Source: Candidatus Freyarchaeum deiterrae (lineage in GTDB: Archaea; Asgardarchaeota; Jordiarchaeia; Jordiarchaeales; Jordiarchaeaceae). Taken from it: a stretch of 64,000 nucleotides of DNA. This document shows, piece after piece, positions 38,934 to 49,541 of this stretch. The stretch spans positions 960,001 through 1,024,000 of the forward strand of contig CP147778.1 in assembly GCA_037305845.1 (NCBI GenBank), written 5' to 3'. The translations under genes were made by a program, and so were the position numbers. Under the pieces are notes generated by a model that saw only the letters and a program-made list of their open reading frames with translations, ran no database searches and was not told where the DNA came from. Position 1 is the first letter of the stretch. Every line of letters starts with the position of its first letter.

Positions 38934-39168
38934 TTTTCAACCCTCTAAATGTTGAAGTACATAGAGAAAATATGGTATTTAAGTGAACTGTTAGAAGAGA
39001 ATAACCAACTTTTACGGGTTTTTATATTTTAAGAATGGATTTAGGGGCGGCTCTTATAAAAACTCTTTGTCCAAAAAATGGGCTTATTAAAAAAAGATAG
39101 GGAGTTGCATTTATTGCCTTACTTGTTAATTAGGGAAGCAAAACCAGAAAGTAAGTTTATTGCATTTT

Positions 39169-39603
39169 TTACTCATCGGGCGCGAGTGTACCGTCTACTA
39201 TTTTGGCGATTATGTTTTCATTTGCGTAGAATGTTGCATTTTTAAAATCAAATCCTTTTGTGTCTATGCTCAGTTCGTCAATCATGTTCCCGAATGTACA
39301 CACGTTAACAATTTCAATGATCTTTTTGGTTATATCATACTTTTTTGACTTGTATCTCACTATAATAGTCTGGTTTTCCCAATCTACTTCAGCGCCGTAC
39401 ATTTGCCTCTGTAAATTTATAGCTTCCACAATGTCGATGCTAGGATTTGATTTCATCATTTGTTCGGGTGAAGGGACACTGATTCCTTCTTTTCTTAAAA
39501 GTGAGTGTTGAACAAACATTCCAAGAAGCCAACAGCGATTAAATCTGGCAGACCAAACTTTAGGTCTTAGCGCATCACCATTACCAGACAACAGTTTCAC
39601 CAA
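39169..39603 (-). CDS. Hypothetical protein
   Basis: 144-aa ORF with globular-like composition; no motif recognised. Confidence 0.65.
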   Translation of the reverse strand: MVKLLSGNGDALRPKVWSARFNRCWLLGMFVQHSLLRKEGISVPSPEQMMKSNPSIDIVEAINLQRQMYGAEVDWENQTIIVRYKSKKYDITKKIIEIVNVCTFGNMIDELSIDTKGFDFKNATFYANENIIAKIVDGTLAPDE

Positions 39604-39804
39604 TTATTATATAAACAAGTGGGTCTAATAAACGATTTCAAGTGTGTAAATATAAATATAATTTTTAATAAATAAAAGCATAATCACAAAAATATAGTGT
39701 TATAAATGTATTAAAGCATGATGTCACTAGTCCTAGAGAACAGAAATCAAAGTAAATTGAACATCACAATAATCTTTTTTGGTAATTTAATTGTAGCTAA
39801 TTTG

Positions 39805-40377
39805 TTAATTCGTAGAGTCCTTTTTAGTGAGGCTTCTACCTAGTTTAACCCCTCTTATTAAAGCCTGAACGTTTTTCTCCTTTACATTCTCTTTCAAGTC
39901 CAATTGTTCCATCACGTCTAGTAAAGAATTCAGAATTGATTCTTCTGAAACGATATCTGTTATCCCTATTAGGGCCCCAAGCATTATCATGTTAGCAGTT
40001 GTTGTTGACTGGAAATCGGACTCAGCGATTTGAGTCGAAGGGATTCTGAAAATTTTAAAATTATTTTCCTGGGAGAATTTAGCATTCTCATCGATTAAAA
40101 GTAAACCTCCCTCCTTTAAACCGCTGGTAAATTCCTCCAAGGATTCGTCGGTTAATGAAACCAGAATGTCAGGCTTCGTTACGATAGGACAAACCACCTC
40201 GTTATCAGAAATTATGACATCAGAAGTAGTTGATCCTCCTCTCATCCTCGACTCATAGTTTTGAATATTAGTAGCGTTTTTTTCCTCATAAATCACCGCG
40301 GCACGTGACAAGACAAGCCCCAAAAACACGATTCCCTGGCCGCCTCTTCCAATAAACTGTATCTCTAAGGTCGCCAA
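39805..40377 (-). CDS. korC: 2-oxoacid:ferredoxin oxidoreductase gamma subunit
   Basis: GRGGQG, RMRGG, NMIMLGAL. Confidence 0.92.
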   Translation of the reverse strand: MATLEIQFIGRGGQGIVFLGLVLSRAAVIYEEKNATNIQNYESRMRGGSTTSDVIISDNEVVCPIVTKPDILVSLTDESLEEFTSGLKEGGLLLIDENAKFSQENNFKIFRIPSTQIAESDFQSTTTANMIMLGALIGITDIVSEESILNSLLDVMEQLDLKENVKEKNVQALIRGVKLGRSLTKKDSTN

Positions 40378-40404
40378 AATTAATTCCCTTCTTCTTCTTC
40401 TATC

Positions 40405-41325
40405 CTATTCTCTTAAAGATAATTCAAGCCAGTCCAAGTGCGGCTTCTTCAGTTTAATGATTCCCCTTTGCACACCCTCAATTAGCTTCCTATACTCAAA
40501 AGTCATTTCCGGTCTTTCCCGGTCAACAAATTCACCCAGTATCAGTTTACCAGCTGTTTCCCTTTGGGGAAGATTCTTCGCCCTTTCCAGTTTTAAAGTA
40601 CGCTCGTTAAACCAATCCATTAGTTTCTTAGGGTCTGATAGTTCGTTCTTTCTACCAAACTGTGTGGGACACTGACTGATAACTTCTATATAAGAGAACC
40701 CCCGCTTTTGTATGCCCTTGATTATTGAATTTATCACTCTCTTGGGTTGAACGGTACTCCATCGAGCCACATAACTTGCACCGGCACTCGTTACCAGTTC
40801 GCAGAGATCAAAAAAGCCTTCAATAACGCCATAGGGAGAGGTGTAGGTGTACGCGCCCACGGGTGTAGTGGGGCTCGTCTGGCTACCGGTCAAAGCATAA
40901 ACCAGATTGTTAACGCTGATTACGGTCATATCGATGTTTCTCCTAGCAGCATGCACCAGATGTGAAATTCCTATAGCTCCGCTATCACCATCCCCGGTGA
41001 AGACGATTACTTCGAAATCAGGGTTGAAGAGTTTAATGCCCGTAGCAAAGGCCACGGCTCTCCCATGCGTGGTGTGCAGACTATCAGCGTTAATATATCC
41101 AGGTATTCGCCCCGAGCATCCTATCCCGGAAACAAAAACAGTTTCATCTATGTTTATGCCCAGTTCGTCAATAGCCCTAAGGGCGCAGTTAAGTACTATT
41201 CCATTTCCGCAACCCGGGCAGAAAACCGTGGGAAGCCTATCCTCCCGCAAATATTTTCTCAAAGGCTGAATAACACCAGTAGTTTCGCTCATGTTTCCAC
41301 ATCCTTCGCCTTCTATAATGTTCAC
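40405..41325 (-). CDS. korB: 2-oxoacid:ferredoxin oxidoreductase beta subunit
   Basis: FCPGCG, SGIGCS, HTTHGR, GDGD...NN TPP motif, SQCPT; start may be 41292. Confidence 0.95.
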   Translation of the reverse strand: MNIIEGEGCGNMSETTGVIQPLRKYLREDRLPTVFCPGCGNGIVLNCALRAIDELGINIDETVFVSGIGCSGRIPGYINADSLHTTHGRAVAFATGIKLFNPDFEVIVFTGDGDSGAIGISHLVHAARRNIDMTVISVNNLVYALTGSQTSPTTPVGAYTYTSPYGVIEGFFDLCELVTSAGASYVARWSTVQPKRVINSIIKGIQKRGFSYIEVISQCPTQFGRKNELSDPKKLMDWFNERTLKLERAKNLPQRETAGKLILGEFVDRERPEMTFEYRKLIEGVQRGIIKLKKPHLDWLELSLRE

Positions 41326-42482
41326 ACCAGTTTTTTAATCTCGTCCAGAATTTCATTAGGCTTAAATTGCCTAGCTATACCCATAATTGGAAGAACTTCC
41401 GCTTTTCCCTTAGCCGCCTCAGCTACACTGTGAATTATTTGACCCGTATTCAATTCAGGAACCAGTATGTAATCCACCTTCTCTGCAATGTTGAGCACCT
41501 CCTCGTAGGGAAAAGGCCAGACTGTGATCAAACGCAGATAGTCAATGTTTATTCCCTCTTTCTCCGCCTCAATAACCGCCTTTAGAGCGACTCTGGAAAC
41601 GCTCCCAAAAGAGACAACTGCGATCTTTGGATTTTCGGAACTACGTTTTTCAAGGTAGGTAAACTTTGATGAATTATTAATTATTTTATCTCTTAAACGC
41701 CTAACAAGCTTTAGATGTTTTTCTGGATCATCAATAGGATAACCCTTTTCATTATGGCTCAAACCAGTGAAATGAATATGATAGCCGGCTCCAAGAGTGG
41801 GAAGTGGTGGAGGAATCCCCTCCTCGTCAGCTTTAAAGGGTAAAAATTCTTTTGGAGGAATTTCAGGATTCCTTCTCCAAACTATTCTCAACTCATCATG
41901 GTCAGGAACCTCAACCTTTTCTCTTACATGAGCCACCTCTTCGTCAGCCAATATTATAACTGGAACCCGGTAAGTCTCCGAAATGTTGAAAGCCCTAATT
42001 GTCAAGTCAAACATCTCCTGTGGAGAAGCGGGGGCAAGAGCTATAATCATACCGTCGCCGTGTCTGCCCCAAAGAGATTGCATAACATCCCCCTGAGAAA
42101 CACGCGTAGGCAACCCTGTGCTAGGCCCAGCACGCTGACAATCAACAATTACACAGGGAACCTCACACATAACCGCCCACCCCAAATTCTCCTGCATGAG
42201 AGAGAAACCAGGCCCGCTGGTAGCGGTCATTCCCTTTGCACCAGCCATAACAGCACCAATCACCGCCCCGATAGAAGAAATCTCATCCTCACACTGGAGA
42301 AAAACTCCGCCAATCTCTGGCATTCTACGGGCCATAACTTCCATAATCTCGGTAGCAGGAGTTATGGGATATCCGGCGAAGAATTTACACCCCGCGGTTA
42401 TCGCTCCTTCCGCACAAGCCTCATTTCCGCTCATGAAGTAAATTCCAGATTCCAAGAGAAAATCTTTCAAACCACTTCCCAT
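41322..42482 (-). CDS. korA: 2-oxoacid:ferredoxin oxidoreductase alpha subunit
   Basis: GNEA, GYPITPATE, EDEI, TATSGPG, QRAGPSTGLPT, WPFP. Confidence 0.95.
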   Translation of the reverse strand: MGSGLKDFLLESGIYFMSGNEACAEGAITAGCKFFAGYPITPATEIMEVMARRMPEIGGVFLQCEDEISSIGAVIGAVMAGAKGMTATSGPGFSLMQENLGWAVMCEVPCVIVDCQRAGPSTGLPTRVSQGDVMQSLWGRHGDGMIIALAPASPQEMFDLTIRAFNISETYRVPVIILADEEVAHVREKVEVPDHDELRIVWRRNPEIPPKEFLPFKADEEGIPPPLPTLGAGYHIHFTGLSHNEKGYPIDDPEKHLKLVRRLRDKIINNSSKFTYLEKRSSENPKIAVVSFGSVSRVALKAVIEAEKEGINIDYLRLITVWPFPYEEVLNIAEKVDYILVPELNTGQIIHSVAEAAKGKAEVLPIMGIARQFKPNEILDEIKKLV

Positions 42483-42816
42483 AGGCTACACCAATCAATA
42501 AATATCACTGAATCTATTTTAATTTATGTAAAGTTTCCTTTTTTAATTATGTGTAATTGTTTAGATTAGTGTATTTCTGGTAACATAATAGAAATCTGCA
42601 ACGACCCCGATAAAAATAGTAATGGAACAAACTTATCAAAAAACAAAGATGAGAGAATGTCAATAACCACGAAAACTAAACGATTAGTGAAGAGGTTGAC
42701 ATATATTTATAAAAAATACAAGCCCCTCAGAAGCCCCTAAAAGGGTAAACATATTTTGTAAAAAGTTTGAAGAAAAACTCAAAAAAAAGAAAGGTGTGGG
42801 TGAAGTAGCAGTTGTT

Positions 42817-45354
42817 TTAACAGACAGTAAGTGGTTTCGTGCAGCTACAGAAGAAAGCTCTTCCACCTATGGCGAGCATCTGTGTTGATGTTTCTTCTCT
42901 GTAAATAGTTAGAATGATTTTTCCGAGTACGCCCTCACCGTAGTAGAATTCGAATTGCCCCATCCTGCAGTGTTTTGTAATGTTCCAGGTGGCTATTTGG
43001 TCGCCTACCTGTATTCGAATCATGTGCTCTGAGAGGAACAGGGTAGCATTCCCACTAAACCATTGTTTGCCTATTAGAAGACCGCCACAGCCCTGGAATG
43101 CCTGTTCCATAATGACTGTGGTTGTTTTCGGCGTTTCTTTGTTTCCTGCGTTATCAACGCTGTAGTAGTCTATGGTGTAGGTTCCGATTGGACCCGTGAT
43201 ATTGAAGGCTCCAACATACTCAGTCCAGTTACCACCGTTGATACGGTAGTAGGTGTTTGCAACTCCTGAACCGGGAGCAGCGTCGGTGGCTGTGAGAGTG
43301 AAAACCGTGCTGGATGTAACATAGATGCTGCCATTCCCGTCAGTGTAGTGGGTTCCAATAATTAATGCGGTTGTAGGAGGCGTCTTATCGATACATATTG
43401 TTTCAGACTTTACAGTTTCCATGTTGCCTGCATTGTCTGTTGACCTGTAATATAATGTAGTTACTCCCTCGTCTGTGAGGGTGAATGAACCGGTGTAAGT
43501 GATCCAGTTGACGTTATCAAAGCTGTAGTTTGTTATGTTTACACCAGAACCAGAAATGCCATCTGTTGCCGATAAATTGACCATGACATTTGTTACATAC
43601 CAGCCTCCGAGCCCTAGGGTGCCGTCTAAGCTAATCGTGGTAGTTGGAGCTGTCTTATCGATCAATATTGTCTCGGAATTTGTTGTTTCCACGTTGCCTG
43701 CGATGTCAGTTGAGTTATAATAGACTGTCGTGGATCCCTCATTTGTGATAGTGAACGGACCTGTATAGTTAATCCAATTAATTCCATCGAAACTATACGC
43801 TGTGTTGGCTACACCTGAAATGTCGTCCATTGCGGATAGCTTGGCAGTCACATCTGATACATACCAGCCTTCAAGTCCTGAGATGCCGCTTAAATTGATC
43901 GTAGTAATTGGCGGCGTCGTATCCCAGGGTAGTAGCATAAATGCATCTGCTTTTTCGTCCCTGGTATCCCAATTCTGTATTGTTAGAGTGTAAGTGTATA
44001 CTGGATAATTGCTTTCTATTCTGCCTATTTCATCCGTAACCAGGTTGTCTTTGGGTTGGTTTGGATTTTGTACTCTGTGAGGGGGGTTAAATGTCTGTCC
44101 AGCGTTCAAGTATACAGTGTATTCGAAAACGCCGTCATAGTTGATGTCTATTTTTATTTCAGTGTTATCATGTGTTGCACCTATGGTGTAGGCTTTCTGG
44201 TAACTTGTTCCAAGTTGACTTGTTGGCTCAAGCAGTTGTGAGAAGGTGTAGTGTCTGTATACTCCAGCCCAAATGTCGCGCGCATAGATATCGAGTAAAT
44301 ATACTACTCCGATTGGCTTATCACTTGTAATGTGTGAAGAAAAACTTGTGCCTGTTTGGTATGGTAAGGTTCCGCCTTCATTTAAGGCGTAGTTGTTGCC
44401 ATCTATGTTGATTAGTGTGTTATCTTGGGTTGCTACTATTCGAAAACCAGAATAGTCAGTAGCATCCACGTATCTGAGTGAGATATCAAGATTGAACCAG
44501 TAGTCGGTTCCTAACCTGTTTGTGGGAAGCACTGCGTAAGAAAAGGTGTTGTCTCTGTTAGCCCAGTTCATGCTAACTGCAACCACTCCTATAGGATTGT
44601 TAGAAGTTATGTGCGTTCCAGCCGGTGGATTCTGGTAATTTAAAGCAGCTCCTATTCCCTGATTAGCCCAGGTCATTTCTGGGAAACCGTCGTTATTTGT
44701 GTCTATTTGGATATTAGTGCTGGGTGTGGTTGAAACTATGTAGAGGGCCATACAATTGGAAGGAAGATAATAATCCATTCCTAAAACATTGGTCGGCAGA
44801 GCCTCGTAACTCAAGATTACACTGTCATATATACTATAATCTTCAGAATATATGTGATAGAAAACTGCAACTGGTTTATCACTAACGATGCGAGTCCCTG
44901 AAAGCGGATTTGAAAACGTTACTGGTTGGTTCGCTACCAAATTTAATACGTAATCAAAGTTTCCATCGTTATCCAAGTCTATTTTGACCTGTGTATCTTG
45001 AGCTGAAAACATCCATATATAAGAACCAAAGTTATTTGGACCCCTAAAAGTATTATCCGAGAAAGGCAGGTAATAATCTGTTCCTACGGTTATAATTGGT
45101 GCTTCAGTTGGGTCATTCGGAAATTGTTGCATCGTGTTAGTTTCTTTGTTCACTGCATTCTCAACTAAGGCATTTAATCCTTTCATATTTTTTAAGCTGT
45201 TTTGAAAATAAGTTTGCGTTAATGTATTTGTTAGTGAATTGTACTGTACCGCTTGTTGGTTATGAAAGGCTAATAATATTGAACCGGAAGATAAAGCAAA
45301 AGCCGTTATTAGGATAAGTGCTAGAATTCTTTTTCTATTTTTGAATGTACTCAT
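42817..45354 (-). CDS. Exported multidomain protein: IgGFc-binding-like repeats plus three Ig-like (OmpL47-type) repeats
   Basis: N-terminal TM/signal; GTDY...T.I.ID...ITSDKPI.V repeats with DxDxDG loops; three D.T.P.TT...SGV..T.Y...W..Y..PF...D.AGN.E units. Confidence 0.8.
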   Translation of the reverse strand: MSTFKNRKRILALILITAFALSSGSILLAFHNQQAVQYNSLTNTLTQTYFQNSLKNMKGLNALVENAVNKETNTMQQFPNDPTEAPIITVGTDYYLPFSDNTFRGPNNFGSYIWMFSAQDTQVKIDLDNDGNFDYVLNLVANQPVTFSNPLSGTRIVSDKPVAVFYHIYSEDYSIYDSVILSYEALPTNVLGMDYYLPSNCMALYIVSTTPSTNIQIDTNNDGFPEMTWANQGIGAALNYQNPPAGTHITSNNPIGVVAVSMNWANRDNTFSYAVLPTNRLGTDYWFNLDISLRYVDATDYSGFRIVATQDNTLINIDGNNYALNEGGTLPYQTGTSFSSHITSDKPIGVVYLLDIYARDIWAGVYRHYTFSQLLEPTSQLGTSYQKAYTIGATHDNTEIKIDINYDGVFEYTVYLNAGQTFNPPHRVQNPNQPKDNLVTDEIGRIESNYPVYTYTLTIQNWDTRDEKADAFMLLPWDTTPPITTINLSGISGLEGWYVSDVTAKLSAMDDISGVANTAYSFDGINWINYTGPFTITNEGSTTVYYNSTDIAGNVETTNSETILIDKTAPTTTISLDGTLGLGGWYVTNVMVNLSATDGISGSGVNITNYSFDNVNWITYTGSFTLTDEGVTTLYYRSTDNAGNMETVKSETICIDKTPPTTALIIGTHYTDGNGSIYVTSSTVFTLTATDAAPGSGVANTYYRINGGNWTEYVGAFNITGPIGTYTIDYYSVDNAGNKETPKTTTVIMEQAFQGCGGLLIGKQWFSGNATLFLSEHMIRIQVGDQIATWNITKHCRMGQFEFYYGEGVLGKIILTIYREETSTQMLAIGGRAFFCSCTKPLTVC

Positions 45355-46112
45355 TATTCCTTTTCCCCTTTTAGATTTTTTCTTCTTTCTTGTTTTTGGG
45401 TATTTTTTTCATTGCGCCCCTCCTCGGCGCTCCCTACAGGTACTGTAGAGAGGTTTATCCCCTCTGCATTGCGCCATTTGTAGTGGTTGAATCCCCTCAC
45501 TATTTCCCCGAATCCCAGTATTTCAGATTCCCAAGAAATTTTGAAAACGTTTTATTTATTTCTTTTAATTTATATATAAATTTTTCTTTGAAATTAAATA
45601 TAAGTGATTTATATAAGTGCTTTATTTTGATATAAACTTTGTACAGATTTTTCATAAATTCATCAAAATTCCAGAGAGCCGTCTTGAACATCACCAAAGG
45701 GGTTACCACACCTGGCGTGTAGAAATGGGTATAACGGATTTATAAAAGTTCAAAATGTACTTCGCAGGTACTGGGAATGGGAGAATAAGTAAAATTTGGG
45801 GGATGAGAGAGGAAAATTTCTGTGTGCCATTAGATAAATTATAGCGTGACATATACCGTTATTGAAGGGGTATCCGAAAAAGCTTTACAAGGCAATTGGG
45901 GTGATTAGCAACGTAGCGAACTGACTTCTTTTTAAATAATGTTTCATATCTCTCTGAGCTATATAAATAGTCTCAGCTAGCATCCGTCGGATTACTGCTG
46001 GGATGCGGATGCAAGTGAGTTATTAAGATTACTTTAAAAAATATTATTATTGTAAACTGTTTTTAAAAATAGTAAAATTTGTAATTTAAAAATTTGGGGG
46101 GGGTCTAGGCAT

Positions 46113-47003
46113 TTATGTTGTGGATCTTCTGAAGAGGTATGCTCCTATTAGTACCATGCCTACAAATATTAGTGAAAGTATTGCTAAATCGTATAGTAGG
46201 GAGCCGCCGACTCCGATAAATGCGAAATCTCCGTAGAGTGGTCCGAACTGTCCACCGAGGAGGCAACTTCTAACTGCGTCGACGGCGTAGGTCAGAGGAT
46301 TAAACTGAGCGGCGGTCTGTAGCCAGCCGGGCATGGACGATAAAGATGTGATTGCTGGGCTGACAAAGAAGAGCGGTAATAGGATCATTTGGATTATTCC
46401 GAAAAAGGCTTCAACGTTGGCCATTCTTATTCCTGCTGCTGTGGAGATGCCTGCGAGTCCTAGGGCGAAGATTACCAAGAAGGGGATGGCTAGAGCTATT
46501 CCTATGATTCCCGTGTAAATTTTTACTCCTAGAAGAACAGCTACTGCGATAACCACTACGGCTTGGATTAGGCTTCTGATCATTGCCGCTATCATTTTTC
46601 CGAGAATTATTGAGGAGCGGGGAATTGGAGCAGCTAACATCTTGGTGAAGAATCCGAACCGCTTATCCCAGATAACACTAATTCCAGATATGAAAGCTGT
46701 GGACATTACGGCGTAGGCGATCATCCCGGTTGCTAAGTAAGTGATGTAGTTGATGTTTACCAGATTGGATAGTATGTATTTCGTGATATAGTCGACTGGG
46801 AGGAGATTCACGAAAATTTGTAGTATGTTAACTGAGCCTAGGGATAGTGAGCCGCCGGCAAGACTGGCTATTCCTGAGCTTAGGGCGAATCCGAAGAAGG
46901 CTAGCCAAACCACGGGCTGTATGAGTGAGGTTATCACCTGTACTTTTCGTCTGATGAAGTGCTTGAGTTCTCTTTCGGTTATGTACCATGCTTCTCTTAA
47001 CAA
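46113..47003 (-). CDS. ABC-2 exporter permease (DrrB-like)
   Basis: DKRFGFFTKMLAAPIPRSSIILGK, NPLTYAVDAVR. Confidence 0.93.
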   Translation of the reverse strand: MLREAWYITERELKHFIRRKVQVITSLIQPVVWLAFFGFALSSGIASLAGGSLSLGSVNILQIFVNLLPVDYITKYILSNLVNINYITYLATGMIAYAVMSTAFISGISVIWDKRFGFFTKMLAAPIPRSSIILGKMIAAMIRSLIQAVVVIAVAVLLGVKIYTGIIGIALAIPFLVIFALGLAGISTAAGIRMANVEAFFGIIQMILLPLFFVSPAITSLSSMPGWLQTAAQFNPLTYAVDAVRSCLLGGQFGPLYGDFAFIGVGGSLLYDLAILSLIFVGMVLIGAYLFRRSTT

Positions 47004-47080
47004 TCACTTTTCCTCCAATAAACCATGTTGGTTCTGTAATTCGTCTTATCCAGGATTAGCTTTTTATCGAGATTCCATTT

Positions 47081-47983
47081 TTATTTTAGTGCCCGTCTAA
47101 ATACGGTCACCCCTATCGAAACCATGATAACTATGAATAAGCCTAATACGGCAGCGTCTACCAGAAGGTTTCCTAAGATTCCCATGAAGGCGTAGTCACC
47201 GCCTAGTTGTCCGAACGTTCCGCCGGCGAGCGACAATCTTACGGCATCAACGGCGTATGTTAGAGGATTACCAGAAGCCACCCCTTGGAGCCATCCGGGC
47301 ATAATCGCCACAGGAATTAAGGCTCCTGAAGCGAAGAACAGCGGCAGCAGTACTAGCGCTATGACGCCGAAAAATTCTTCATGCTCCGCCATCTTGATTC
47401 CGACGGCGGTGGACATGCCTGAAAACCCTAAGGCGAAGAGTGCCAGGAAGGGTACTACCAATATTATTCCTATGATTCCAGTATTTGTTTTTGCGCCTAA
47501 AAGTAGTGCTAAAGCTACGACGATGAGTCCCTGTATCATCGCTCTAATTGTTGCCGAGAGCATTTTTCCTAACATTATGGAGCTTCTCGGAATTGGGGAA
47601 ACGAGCAGTTTGTTGAGGAACCCGAATCTTCTATCCCAGACTATAGAAACTCCCGCAAACATTGCGGTGAACATGGAAGTCATCGCCACAATGCCCGGAG
47701 CGAGGAAAGAGACGTAACTCATGCTTGTCAAATTTAGAAGAATGTAGCTAGTTATGGGTTCCAAATTTAGTGATAAAATTATAAAAGTAAGCGTCGTAGG
47801 AACACCTTGCACACCTGTTAGACCCAAACTACTCAGATTAAATCCAGGCAATCCGCCACTAAGCGAGTAACCGAACAGTGCTAACCATATCACCGGTTGC
47901 ACCAGTGAAGTGATCACCTGAACCCTTTGCCTGTAGAAGTGCCTAAGTTCTCTTGTCGCTACGTACCACGCTTCACTCAGCAT
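47081..47983 (-). CDS. ABC-2 exporter permease (DrrB-like), paralogue of the neighbouring gene
   Basis: DRRFGFLNKLLVSPIPRSSIMLGK, NPLTYAVDAVR. Confidence 0.93.
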   Translation of the reverse strand: MLSEAWYVATRELRHFYRQRVQVITSLVQPVIWLALFGYSLSGGLPGFNLSSLGLTGVQGVPTTLTFIILSLNLEPITSYILLNLTSMSYVSFLAPGIVAMTSMFTAMFAGVSIVWDRRFGFLNKLLVSPIPRSSIMLGKMLSATIRAMIQGLIVVALALLLGAKTNTGIIGIILVVPFLALFALGFSGMSTAVGIKMAEHEEFFGVIALVLLPLFFASGALIPVAIMPGWLQGVASGNPLTYAVDAVRLSLAGGTFGQLGGDYAFMGILGNLLVDAAVLGLFIVIMVSIGVTVFRRALK

Positions 47984-47984
47984 T

Positions 47985-48977
47985 CTATTTCCGCCTTCTC
48001 TGCATTAACATTCTATTCTTCATTAACTCTAAAGCATCGGTTTTTTCCGCTCTTAGGCTTCTTCCAGTGACTTTGACGAACACATCGTCAAGGGTTGGTC
48101 GGTTAAGGGAGATATTATCTATGTTAACACCAGTTTTATTGGCTTCCTCAAAAAGTTTAGGTATCGCGGTTTCGCCATTCTTAACCGTTACTCGTAGTCC
48201 ACCCTCTTGCGGTAATACTTCGGAAACAAATTCCAGTTCCTTAACGTGATTCAGAAAAGCTTCACTATCATTCGTGTGAACCGTGACTATGTCGCCGCCT
48301 AGCATTCCCTTAAGTTCGTTGGGAGTGCCCATGTTCACAATTTTTCCGTAATCAATTATTGCGATGCGGTTGCACAGTTTATCCGCCTCATCCATGTAGT
48401 GGGTAGTCATAAAAATCGTTATTCCCTGCTCATTTAGACTTTTAACATAATTCCAGATGCTGACTCTGCTTGATGGGTCAAGCCCAATTGTCGGCTCATC
48501 GAGGAATAGTATGTCTGGTCTGTGCATTAGTCCTTCGGCTATTTCTAGTCTGCGGCGCATTCCCCCCGAGAAGGTTTTGACTAGGGAGTTTTTCCAATCA
48601 GTTAATTCTACTACACTCAAAAGTTCTGGTATTCTTTCTTTTATGAGCTTTTTTGGCATGTGGTAGAGTTTGCCGTGTAAATCCATGTTTTCTCTTGCGG
48701 TTAGGTCGTCGTCCACGCTTATGTCTTGTGGAACTAGACCAATTTTTTTCCTCACTTCGTCTGGTTGTTTTTTTACGTCTATTCCTGCTACTTTGGCTTC
48801 GCCTTCCGTTATTTGGGTTAGTGTGCATAACATGTGTACAGTGGTTGTTTTTCCGGCTCCGTTGGGACCTAGGAATCCGAATATTTCTCCTTTTTCCACT
48901 TCGAAGTTTATGTGGTCTACTGCAGTATATTTTCCGCCGAAAACCTTTGTTAGGTTGTTTGTTTCCACTATGGACAT
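47985..48977 (-). CDS. ABC exporter ATP-binding subunit (DrrA-like)
   Basis: GPNGAGKTT, FSGGMRRR, LDEPT, TTHYMDEA, PTLDDVF. Confidence 0.95.
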   Translation of the reverse strand: MSIVETNNLTKVFGGKYTAVDHINFEVEKGEIFGFLGPNGAGKTTTVHMLCTLTQITEGEAKVAGIDVKKQPDEVRKKIGLVPQDISVDDDLTARENMDLHGKLYHMPKKLIKERIPELLSVVELTDWKNSLVKTFSGGMRRRLEIAEGLMHRPDILFLDEPTIGLDPSSRVSIWNYVKSLNEQGITIFMTTHYMDEADKLCNRIAIIDYGKIVNMGTPNELKGMLGGDIVTVHTNDSEAFLNHVKELEFVSEVLPQEGGLRVTVKNGETAIPKLFEEANKTGVNIDNISLNRPTLDDVFVKVTGRSLRAEKTDALELMKNRMLMQRRRK

Positions 48978-49541
48978 TACGGGACACCGCCTATAACGGG
49001 CATTAGGGTATATATATTGACTAAGTATTAATGCGAATTATTTGAATCTGTTCCACTGATATTTCGGTGCTTGTCAATTTTTATTTTCAATATTCTTATT
49101 GGGGCTTGTTTGTTTTTCTTTTTCTTAGCTTGCGGAATTCATTTTTTATTGATGTTGGGTTTACAATTAAAGAACATTAATTTTTTAATAATAGATTGAT
49201 TTTCTCCTAACTAAAAGGGTCTTTTTCTCTCTTGTTGGGCTCTTCCCAGATGGGGATTTAGATAGAGTTAGAGTTATTAGTGTTGTAGCTAGTCTTCGGA
49301 ATACGTATTTAGCCAGACAGGTTTGAAGTATTGTACCGTTGGGCTTCTTATGCCGTTAGAAAGAATTTAAAAAGCTTATCTCCTACTTTTTCATTATTCA
49401 AAATGAGTGCCTTCAGGTTATGGCTTGGAGTAATAGTTAAACGAAAGCTACGCGTTATGGGCCTAAATAATTCAAGGCGTGAAAATGAGTTTATTAAATC
49501 AGCAGTTTTGAATTTAAACAGTGCGTGTTAGAGGAATTATA

